Below are positions 13,601 to 25,600 of a stretch of DNA of 64,000 nucleotides, in pieces. Within the stretch, counting starts at the first letter, position 1. The number at the start of each line of letters is the position of its first letter. Below the pieces are notes generated by a model. It saw nothing but the letters and a program-made list of their open reading frames with translations. It searched no databases and had not been told where the DNA came from. The DNA is taken from the NCBI GenBank assembly GCA_048128005.1, contig JBEUKZ010000064.1, positions 124,001 to 188,000 of the forward strand. The letters run 5' to 3'. This DNA is from Veleropilina oligotropha. Its lineage: Eukaryota. A program made the position numbers and the translations under genes.

Positions 13601-16600
13601 AAGTGTTTCTATATCCACCAAATTCACATGATTATTTGATGGTGTAACATAATTAAGACAGACATTTGTTTTTGAAATAGCATGTATTAACCAATCACTT
13701 GATGGCCTCGATAAATATATATCCTTGTTCAAAATGGTACATATTCATAGCAATGTGGGTTGAAAGCCAAAAATAACTTGTGAAACCCACATGCCTCTGT
13801 GACTTTGGATACCAAGACTGATAAATCAGAATTGTCTTCATCTTTGAGTGTATCTAGTGCGGTCTGTTTGAGTGCATTGGTTGCTATGCTCTGTAACCAG
13901 GGTTAACAAAACACTTTTCCACATATTGATCATTCCAAGCATGTTGTGATATTTATGTAATTATCGTTCCTGTTGTTTTATTATTCGCTCCGCTTCAGAG
14001 GAAGTGAGTGTGTTTGAAGGTAGGTGGTGCTGCTGTTGTAGTGGTCACAGTTCGGAGTGAGGCATTTGTTCACGATGTGGCTTCTAACATTTGTTTGGCT
14101 AATGTAGTCGAGAAATGTTCATTTTATGCAAGACATCCTCAATTGCACTGGCATCAGAAATCAGAAGTAAAGCGGATCGGTGTATGTAATGAAAGTGATT
14201 TGAAATATCGTATATTTTGTAACTGAAATGCAAATTTATTGTATCCTGTGACATCTACATTATAGCACAAATAAGATAGTGTTCCCAATAATTTTTTGTA
14301 GATGTAACCAGTTGCCGTATGTGATTTAGGAATTTAATGGTATTAACATTCAAAGTGTCTCAGCTCTGTGTTGTTTGGTTTGACATTTCCCCTAATCTGA
14401 TGTGCTGGAAATTGAGCAAGATAGTAGCTGCCTTACCTGCCAAATGTGCTTAAAATTTTGTAATACAGTGTATGTACACTTTAATTCAAATAGAAGTATT
14501 CAATAAAATGCGTGTTTGATTTTTAATAGATTAAGTATGATACAGACTTGTATAATGGTATCAATTTCCATGTCGTTCTTGCTTATGTATGGACAAATTG
14601 CCTTAAACTGCTGTAGTATGTGTTGTCCAAGAAGTAAGTTCTGAGCAAACTATTATGCTGTTAAATCTAAGAAGTGAATTTTTGCACATGTAATATACAT
14701 GTACTTAATTATTACAGGTGTGAGTGTTGGATAATGTGTAGTCCTTTTATTAACCACTTTCTCATAATTTAACAGATAAACATCAACACCTCCATGCATT
14801 GCATTCTGGTCTCATTATTTAATGCCTCCTTAATAACTCATCTCCTTTCAGGGTCCACAGGTAAGGAACACGGAACCACTCCTCCCAGCCTTCAGCCGGG
14901 GACCCTAATCGCGGAACCCTATTCCTGGAAGAGCCTGGTGATGGGTCAGCCGATTCTTCGGTTGCGGAGTACCGCCACCCGGGCAGCCGTCCTGAGCCTG
15001 CCAGCTGGGTAAGGTCGCAGCAACTGCCAGCACTAATCACATGATAATCGACTCGCATATAAGATGAGAAAAAGCAATATATATTTTCACAAAATGTATT
15101 AATTAACAAGTGATGTCAAATTTTAAGATTTGATATTGGAGTTTATTGTCCCATTTACCATCGTGGAATAGAGACATGCTAACATTATCGAAGGGGAAAC
15201 AACCAGAAGCAAATACTTATGACTGTGATCTCTCTCTGTGTAAAGCGGCGGGTGGGGTGGGGGGTTGTCTCCCCTAGTATCTGGTCAAGTTCACCTGCCT
15301 ATTCATGTTATCGTATATCCTGACATATGACTCTTCAACTGACATTCATTATATATATGTGAGCAGGATCCAGATACTCTGAAGCTCTTCCCCATTTTAT
15401 ATCCCATATCCCACATTCCACATGTGCACATTATTTTTTAACTTGATCGCTATGTTTGCTTCCCTGCAGACGCCACGTCTTGCGCTTCATGATGACCGCC
15501 CCGCTCGGATACCACGTCCACCTCTGCTCCTCCGTCCAGTTCGTGTTCGGCGACGAGGAGACGGTCATGTCGCAGCTCACTAAGGTGAGAACCACGGCTT
15601 AACTCATTGTCTGCTGTGTATTCAGTAACTCAATGAAAATTGAGCAGCATTTGCTGCCACCAGAGGTCAAACAGTTAACCAGTTCCATCATAAATAATTA
15701 TTTCGGCTTAGACATTGCTGTTGGTGAGAACATGACCTATGAATTAAGACACAGATATCCAAACAATTGTATACTAGCTGAACTCACATTTTATCATTTC
15801 TTTACACAATTTATAGCTATTATGAATTATTTTTGAGTCCTCTTTAAATATCCTGTTATTGTCGTCATCTATTTACGTATTTTCAAGATAATCTACATAA
15901 AATAGTTCATTTATTTAAATTGGTCACTACCGAAGTTATATTTACCATTAAAATGACTGCACATGCTATATGTAATTCGCCGTATCCATTTCAGGAGAGT
16001 TGCCGCTTCGTGGAAAACGCGACGCAGGTTATCTCGGCGATCGGCAAATGCATCAGCTCCTTCAATGAGGCGGAGGCCTTCCATCTCGCATGGGAGGAGC
16101 TCGTCAACAGCCACTGTCCGTACCGAAAGGACAAGCTCATGTCCAAGCAGTACCACTTCCAGGTGAATACTATTGAAATTAGTACAAGATTAATTTTGAG
16201 ATGAAAACTTATATTATTAATTGTAACATATTGAGTTTTGATGCATAGCGATGCTATGTTTGCTTGTAATAATATTGTATAATTATAAGTAACAAATTCT
16301 TAGGAACAGATTGCCTGTGTATCCAGATTATCTGTATTGCTTAATTAAGCTCATCTGAATTTTTATTAATAAGTCGATATGAGTATAAAATTGAAAAAAA
16401 TATGTTTGTTATCCTTCGATATGAGCAGTTGAGGTTGAAGGAATGTCTTCTCTTCGCATAGAAATATTGATTATTTTATTCGTTCTTTCATTTTTAACAT
16501 TCTATAATATATTTCTTGAAGAAATAATTCATCACTACTTGTGCACATGTGACATCACACACATGATGACCAATCAGAATCAATTCTTCCGGCCTAAACA

Positions 16601-19600
16601 ATACTTGTAGCTACGTTATTTATTAAGAGTTTTATATAATGCGATACCATTTGGAATCGATGATTATTTTGAGGACAACAGACCAGACATAACGTGATTA
16701 TTTATATCTATAAAAATAACATTGATGTTTTGCAGGTATTCAATCAAGCTCTGTATCGCACACTGAAGAAGGCCTTGGGCGACCTCTCAACTCCTGAGAT
16801 GGCATTTGCATGGAGAGCCTTCAACTTCGACATCACAAGTCATAACATCTTGGGATTGTCTACAGACAGTCGACCAGGTAACATCTGCCATCATATCATT
16901 ATGGTGTATGTAGCTTGCTGTTCTTAATGATTAAGCAATTTTTCCTGCACTTTTTAAACTATTTGTTTTGTCTGATTCGTTTTTTTTACCCCGAATTGTT
17001 ATTTTGTTTAATCATTTCTTATCATGTGCTTTACTTTAAATACACAAATAAAACTTCACTTTAGCTGCTTCTTACGCCCTCTAATATGAAATCTTCTCTT
17101 GTAGCAACAGGAACGACAAGCCATAGAGGTTCGGCGAAAACCAGCAGCAAAAAACGTAAATTTAGAATAAAAATCTGCTGGCTTGATCCAGATTATTAAA
17201 TATTTATTGCTTTAGATGTAAAACGTAACATGTTATGTTGCTGTTATATCACAGCTGTATTTTATGACTTAAAGTTGAAAATATATGTGTTTGTGCAAAA
17301 TAACTTACGATTGTTAAAAACATGATACTAAAATTTCTCTGAAGACATGATTTTTCTGTATTGACTCATTTTGGATTTCTTCTTCTTCCGGTATAGTGCT
17401 GCACCACTTAAGTATTTTCGTACTTTGCATGGGGGGGGGGGGGGGGGGGGGTGAAAGTCTATGTACAGTGCTCATTAAAAAAGTTTAAAACACAAGGTGC
17501 GAATTACTGCTGGACGGCCATGGACAGCTGGGTCTTGAAGCTGTCTAGGCACCGCATTGGGGTTTTCTGCAGGTAGCTGTCTGCCAGAATGTCCACTAGG
17601 GTGTATACTAATCCTGTATAGCATGATGATCTGAGTGGCTTCACGTCAGTTGCTGTACCATAGATTTTACACTGCCTCAATCTTGTTGATGTTGTCCTTC
17701 TTTGCTGGGCTCCACACACTAGATGCATATTCGATGGAGGGTCGCACTAGAGTGGAGTAACATTGGGCCTTGATGTTGGTACGGCAACGGCTGATGTTTC
17801 TGCCTAGGAAGGCCAAGGTGGAATTTGCCTTCTTGGTGATCTGGTCTATATGTGTATCCCAGCTGAGGCTCTTATGGATCGTTAAGCCTAGGTACTTGGC
17901 TGAATCTACGGTCCTCAGTACCTGGCCATGGATGGCATAGTCAGTAAGCAATGCGGATTTCCGGTTGGTGGCATGCAACACCTCACACTTGTCAGGGTTG
18001 AATCGCATCAGCCATTTATCCTCCCACTGTGGTAGTAACTCCAAGTCCCTCTGTAGGATGGCCTGGTCTTCCGGTGTTCTGATCTTCCTGTACATGAAGC
18101 AGTCGTCTGCGAACTGTCTGGTCATTGATGATACTGTTTCATGTAGGTCATTAATGAATACCAGAAAGAGCAGTGGTCCCAAAACCTTTCCCTGGGGGAC
18201 TCCTGAAGAAACTGGGGTGGTAGTCGACAATTGGCCATCAAGAACGACACGTTGAGTACGGCGGTCCTGGAGGAAGCTTGAGATCCATTCATGACTGTGG
18301 CCTCTGATCCCATAGTGGTGGAGTTTCATCAGAAGTCGGTTGTGTGAGACCTTGTCAAAGGCCTTGGAAAAGTCGAGAAGTACACAGTCCATGTGCTCTC
18401 CAACATCCAGGCTCTGTGCAAGGTCATCGATGAACAGGAACAGCTCGGTCTCTGAGGAGCGCCGCTCCTGAATCCATGTTGGTCATCTGTCAGCAGTCCA
18501 TACTCGTCTAGGTGACTGATGATATGGCTGTGGACGATATGTTCCATGACCTTGCTGCATACCGATCTCAGTGATACTGGCCTGTAGTTGACTGGTGCAC
18601 TTTTGCTTCCCTTCTTGAAGAGTGGCATGATGTTCAATGATTTTCAGTCGCTTGGGGCCTTGCCTTGGTCTAATGAGGCTTTGTATAATGATGTCAGGGC
18701 CGGCGCTATCTGTGTGGTTCTTTCCTTTAGTAGTCTGGACGAGATCTCATCTGGTCTGTAGCTTTATGGGGGTTCAGGTTCTGGAGAAGCTTCTCTACCC
18801 CGCACCAGTGGACTGTGATGTTGGGAACTGTAGGGTGTGGGCTTGGTCCCATGATTCTTTAGGGAATATAATGTATTGATAATTTTACATAAATGTATGA
18901 CATGAATGTATTATGACCTTGTATAAAATTTTCTTTTCTTTGATCTTTCAGAAGCAGCCCCTACCGATGGTAAGTTTTCTTATGTAAATCAGGCGATTTA
19001 GATGCGTATGACAGGCAGTGCGGGGTAGACATGACGGATGACAGGCAGTGCGGGCTAGACATGACGGATGATAGGCAGTGCGGGCTAGACATGACGGATG
19101 ACAGGCAGTGCGGGCTAGACATGATGGATGACAGGCAGTGCAGGCTAGACATGATGGATGACAGGCAGTGCGGGCTAGACATGATGGATGATAGGCAGTG
19201 CGGGCTAGACATGATGGATGACAGGCAGTGCGGGCTAGACATGATGGATGACAGGCAGTGCGGGCTAGACATGATGGATGACAGGCAGTGCGGGCTAGAC
19301 ATGATGGATGATAGGCAGTGCGGGCTAGACATGACGGATGACAGGCAGTGCGGGCTAGCCATGATGGATGACAGGCAGTGCGGGCTAGACATGATGGATG
19401 ACAGGCAGTGCGGGCTAGACATGATGGATGATAGGCAGTGCGGGCTAGACATGACGGATGACAGGCAGTGCAGGCTAGACATGATGGATGACAGGCAGTG
19501 CGGGCTAGACATGATGGATGACAGGCAGTGCGGGCTAGACATGATGGATGACAGGCAGTGCGGGGTAAACATGACAGATGACAGGCAGTGCGGGCTAGAC

Positions 19601-22600
19601 ATTATGGATGACAGGCAGTGTGGGGTAGACATGACGGATGACAGGCAGTGCGGGGTAAACATGACAGATGACAGGCAGTGCGGGCTAGACATTATGGATG
19701 ACAGGCAGTGTGGGGTAGACATGATGGATGTATCAGTCATAGTAGTTCATACTGGCTGAGTTGGTTGGGTTTCACCAGATAATTCGTTCAGTCTTTCCAT
19801 AATAATATGTATTTGTTTGTAATATATTTTTCCTTGGGGAACAATTCACAAGATTATATTGTAATTTTACAGGGGAACAGGAAAAACCAGAGCATCCTTG
19901 GACCAACAGGTATTAATTACTCTCTTCTATCTGTTATTTATGTGACAAACACTGATATTTTATTAAATGTTATAACTTATAACATTTTTACTGTTAAGAT
20001 GTGTAAAATGTGTATTGTTTTAACTATTTAAATATAACTAAATATAATGAATATATATAATGGATATGTATGATGTAAGTTGAGTTGCTCTATATTCATG
20101 TATGTGAAGTTTTCAGCAAAGCTGATAAGCAGTGCTGTGCATGGCTGATATGCCATGATATCCTTGCAGAGTGTATATTCAACCAATTGCAAGATTTCAT
20201 TACTAGCTTTCAACCTTGATTCCCTCAGGGATCCTACTGCAGATGAGCATGTCGCTTCCGTGAAGATCCAGAAATCATACCGAGGACATCGCGCAAGGAA
20301 AATACGGCTAACAAGAACCCCTGGTGAGTGTGCAGTAACTGCACCAAGTTTACTGTATACGTGCCTTTGTCGCGATTTACATTTCCGTATTATATTGTTA
20401 ACCTATCATTAAGCATGCATGTGTCAGTATTTAATTATATCCCCATACAATAGTCAGGGATTCAAATTTGATGTACACGTTTGGTATGATGAGGACATGA
20501 CGCCAATCGATTTTGGCTCCCCCTCGACTTGCCGGGTCAAGAATTTGCTAGTTAAATATATGCATTTGTCAATGAATCTTCTTTGTGATTCTAATAGTGG
20601 TAAATTATTTCATTTACAATGCTTTATAAAATACAATATAGAGATTTATTTATTTTCACACAAATTATTTCATTCCAAGATGATTAAATATAAAGAATGC
20701 ACTGGCATTCTTGCACGATTGGCTGAGTGATCATCGTCATGTGAAAGATCAAAGATTGTCTGGCCTGCTTGACTCCTTTTATATAATGGCTTTTGTTTTC
20801 AATTTTGCCAGGAACCGATGAGAACCTGAAAGCCATGGATGCCTTGCAGAAAGCATGGAGTGCCATCGAACCCAACGCCGAGCAACTGGGCCTCTACCTG
20901 TTCAGGTAATAATGTTTGTTACGTCTATAGTAACAATGAGTATTTCCTTAGATAGATAGAGATCTGTTTGTCCGGCTTCACCCAGTATCAATGCCTGGTA
21001 CCGTTACATTATAAAAGTCATATATAGTGAGGATGCATAATATATCATGATCTATGACTGTATGTAGGGTAATGCCAGTAATATAACTCATCAAATTCAC
21101 CCAAAATATATTAATTCCAGTTGACTACATTGTCTTCAGTTTATGAGCAATGTTGAATCCTAATAATTATACTCCCGTAACGAAGTTAGGTGGGTATATT
21201 GGAATCACACTGTCTGTTGGGAGTAAGCTGTCTCCCTTTTCAATGTTCATCCAACATATTTTGGAGAAAAGTTTCTTTAGATTTCTATACACTGTACTGA
21301 GAATGTGTATACCTGTCAGGTGGGGGAGGGAGGGGGTATTAGTTAGGGCCCCGCAGGGAGGTGTATACCTGTCAGGTGGGGGAGGGAGGGGGTATTAGTT
21401 AGGGCCCCGCAGGGAGGTGTACACCTGTCAGGTGGGGGAGGGAGGGGGTATTAATTAGGGCCGGGGTATTCATTAGGGCCCCGCAGGGAGGTGTATACCT
21501 GTCAGGTGGGGGAGGGAGGGGGTATTCATTAGGGCCCCGCAGGGAGGTGTATACCTGTCAGGTGGGGGAGGGAGGGGGTATTAGTTAGGGCCCCGCAGGG
21601 AGGTGTATACCTGTCATGTGGGGGAGGGAGGGGGTATTCATTAGGGCCCCGCAGGGAGGTGTATACCTGTCAGGTGGGGGAGGGAGGGGGTATTCATTAG
21701 GGCCCCGCAGGGAGGTGTATACCTGTCAGGTGGGGGAGGGAGGGGGTATTAGTTAGGGCCCCGCAGGGAGGTGTATACCTGTCAGGTGGGGGAGGGAGGG
21801 GGTATTCATTAGGGCCCCGCAGGGAGGTGTATACCTGTCAGGTGGGGGAGGGAGGGGGTATTAGTTAGGGCCCCGCAGGGAGTGTATACCTGTCAGGTGG
21901 GGGAGGGAGGGGGTATTAATTAGGGCCCCGCAGGGAGGTGTATACCTGTCAGGTGGGGGGGGGAGGGGGTATTAATTAGGGCCCCGCAGGGAGGTGTATA
22001 CCTGTCAGGTGGGGGGGGGGAGGGGGTATTAATTAGGGCCCCGCAGGGAGGTGTATACCTGTCAGGTGGGGGGGGGAGGGGGTATTAGTTAGGGCCCCGC
22101 AGGGAGGTGTATACCTGTCAGGTGGGGGAGGGAGGGGGTATTAGTTAGGGCCCCGCAGGGAGTGTATACCTGTCAGGTGGGGGAGGGAGGGGGTATTCAT
22201 TAGGGCCCCGCAGGGAGGTGTATACCTGTCAGGTGGGGGAGGGAGGGGGTATTAGTTAGGGCCCCGCAGGGAGTGTATACCTGTCAGGTGGGGGAGGGAG
22301 GGGGTATTCATTAGGGCCCCGCAGGGAGGTGTATACCTGTCAGGTGGGGGAGGGAGGGGGTATTAATTAGGGCCCCGCAGGGAGGTGTATACCTGTCAGG
22401 TGGGGGAGGGAGGGGGTATTCATTAGGGCCCCGCAGGGAGGTGTATACCTGTCAGGTGGGGGAGGGAGGGGGTATTAATTTCTACCAAAAAATACAAAAT
22501 TTCTCCTTGTGATATTAGTAGCAATATACTCTACGTCATTACCTATGCCATAATAGCCCTATTATCGCTAAACCGGAAACTGTGAAAAAGCGTTTCACTT

Positions 22601-25600
22601 TCATTTAAACTTACACGCTTACCCCCCCTGCTCACCTCTCTCGCGTTCCTCCCACGAGATCTGCCCAAGTCTCGCGAGACCTCAGAGACCAAGACAGATC
22701 TGGTATCCTTTTTAAGTCTTCCGTCAGTCTGTCCGGACGTGCTTTTCAGTAGTCAAGAAATTAGACTATCAGAAGTTACTTTTAATTAAGTTTCTGTCGC
22801 ACAATATTGTGCCATTCATATATATATATGAACTGAAGACGTTTTAAACTGTGTTCGGAGTATTAGGCCGACTTTGCAAAGTTTTAAAAGTTGTGAGATT
22901 CTGGCCACGAGGTTTTCGGCCCGCCATCTTGGAATTTACGATGTAAAGATCTAAAGAGGGCCGCTCAGGAGGGAACGTTCTTCAAGCAGGAAAGCTTCGC
23001 ATAGGCGAATCCTTTCATAGCAGGAAGTGTTTGTGTTCTAATATTGCTTGAAATTACTTGTAATTCATTTATATATTAGATAATTCCTTAGCGGCGCATC
23101 TTGCTTAAATTCTTAGTAACCTTGTTCAATCGAATTTAGCGTCGCTAACAAGGCAGATATTTAGGTATTAACGTGCGTTATTTGGCCTATCTGCCGAATC
23201 TGGGATATTTCGCCAAAGCTCTAACCTTTTGAAATCAACATCCACGAGGTTTTCAGGTGTTTACAGGCGGCTGTTCTATATAATAATAATAATAATAATA
23301 ATACTCCGGTCTTATATAGCGCATTATTACGCTAGTGTCTCAATGCGCTGAACATTATTACCCCTGGTTATGGGCCTGTTACACTCGATGTACCATCTCA
23401 ACTCCCTCTGGGAGCATTACAGTCATTTACACGCGGGTAGCGCCGTGACTTACATAACTGCCAACCAGGTACCCATTCAGATCGGCTGGGTGGACCGAGG
23501 CAAATATATGCTTATTTCCTTGCCCAAGTGAAATCGCCGAGCTTTGGGGGCGAACTCGAGACTCTGTGACCAGAGTCCTGTGAACAACCCACTGAGCCAC
23601 GACGGCATATATAGCCTCCTACTAACTATATATCCGCCTCATTCAATTTGTTAGTGTCCGACAAGCCGTTTTAATAAAGCTTGTACGTCGGGCTTGGTTT
23701 ATATTCTAGTCGGGTTACTTGTCTGTTCTTCGGTTGTACCGAAGTGTGATTCATAACATTTAGGGTCAATATCCGGTCTTTTCCTTTATACTCGGATTAG
23801 AGACCCCTATATAAGGTGTAGTAGTTTAACACGAAGCGTACTACCCGGATATCCCTAAATTCCCGGTTCCCACTACCTTTCCTACCCGTGTAACAGCTAT
23901 GGTCCGTTGCAGTGAGCCTGAGTGTAACCAAAAGATACACAGCTTCGACAAGCATTCGGTATGTCGCATTCACCGTAGTTGTGCTAAGAGATACCCCTGT
24001 GCTAAATGTCTACTTTTAACGGATCGGCAGTGGGCGCTCATCTACCCACCAGGGACGAAGGCTACCAGGGAGTCCGTCTCTGTTGGGCTTCCCCCGGAAA
24101 AACAGACGACGGGTAAGTCAGGGCTAATTTCTGATTCGTCTGTTTTAGGGACGCGAAGCGACCAGCGAACTGGGGCATCGCAGGTTGCAGGACCCGCCGA
24201 CGAAACCGCTACGGTTTTGGGGAAAACCGTGGAAACCTCGCCGGCGTCCCAGGTTCAAGACCAGGTAAGAGGAGCCCGAGCGCTGTCCGTTTCTCCTCGT
24301 ACTACGGGCCTAGTAGCTGCGTCCACTAGTGCCATGCCGGCTAGCATGGTACACCGGACCTTACAGCGAACAGCTGAGCAGGGCAGGCTATCCCCTTCCT
24401 CTCTTTCGGCCTCGGAAGAGCAGGGGACGGCTAGTCCTTCTGTCACAAGTGGTATGCCGAGCGGCATACTGCGGACGGCAGAGCAAGTTGGAACAGTTGC
24501 CGGATACCACCACGGTGGTTTAAGATCCGGACCACCAACGACACCCGACTCACTGGCCGATGGTGCGACCGACCCTCCCCAGGGTTCGTCCTTACACCTC
24601 GGAGCTCCCAGTCTTGTCGGAGGGCCCGCCAACTCCCCTGACCCCTTTGGGCTCGGACTAGTTGGCGCGGACGGACCGGCTGCGTTCGGGATGGGTATGT
24701 ACGCGGGAGCTTCCCCCGTCTACCCCCTGAACAGAGCGGCGACCCCCACGGGACTGTGGCCGCAGTCTTTCGGGAGTCGCGCTCCGGTTAACACGCCTTT
24801 TGGCCCGTTCTCCGCGAGTACCCGCTCGTCAGGTGATGTGAGACCCTGGTTCTCATATCAATCTGGCCCAGCAGCCCGTCTACCATGCGCCACGATGTCC
24901 TCGAGCGATCCACTGGCTGTTGGATCGACGCCCGTCTTGCCTGTTGGTCTCTCTTTGGAGAGCGTCCATGCAATGATTGCGGCGGAATTCGAGGCCCGCA
25001 GTAGGGCCTGGCTACCGGCTGTTCAGCCGCCCCAGGTCTCTGCTCCTCTGCTCGTGGCCCAGAGCACGGCTCCTGCCTCGGTGATGGAGGTCGACCCTCG
25101 TTCCGACGAGGACGTCCCCTCCGATCGCTCCGATCTTCTTGAATCGGTCGGTCCCGATGACTCTCGTAGTCAATCAGGCTTGCAGGAGCCGATCTCCGCC
25201 ACCCGCCGAAGACACGACGCCGTCGCGTCGCTTCGCGGGGTGCTAGATCTACCCGACCCGGCTCGTCCGGTAGGTATGATCAAGCACAGGACGGCAGCAC
25301 ACCGTTTTGCTGAGTCGGAGGCTCCCCAGCTTCCCGTACTCCCCCAGTCTGGCTTGGTGGATCTGGTTCTGGATCAGACCACCCGGGCCATTCAGGGAGG
25401 CAAGACAGTGGAGACGTCTTCTCTTACGGAGTTCCCTCGGGGCCTCCGTAGAGGACGATACCTCCGGCCTAGTTCGCGACCGTTACCGATCGCGCTTTGA
25501 GCCGTGCCTGGTGGCTGAGCCAGCACAGATTGACGTAGCGATGCGTCGTCTGTCTGCCAGTCAAGCTCCCTCGGTAGCGAAGGTACCATGGGCCGCCATG

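Noticed and set aside
14852..14866. CAG|GTAAGG 9 nt into an ADGB exon as a microexon donor or recursive site
   Set aside because: Use as a donor would skip conserved coding sequence and break phase with the next exon; at most an alternative in-frame acceptor
18961..19759. ORFs with MMDDRQCGLD and SSPHCLSSIM repeats
   Set aside because: Translation of a 30-bp minisatellite; no splice context or unique domain
25470..25500. Programmed frameshift within DIRS gag
   Set aside because: No slippery heptamer seen; a single-base loss or sequencing error is simpler
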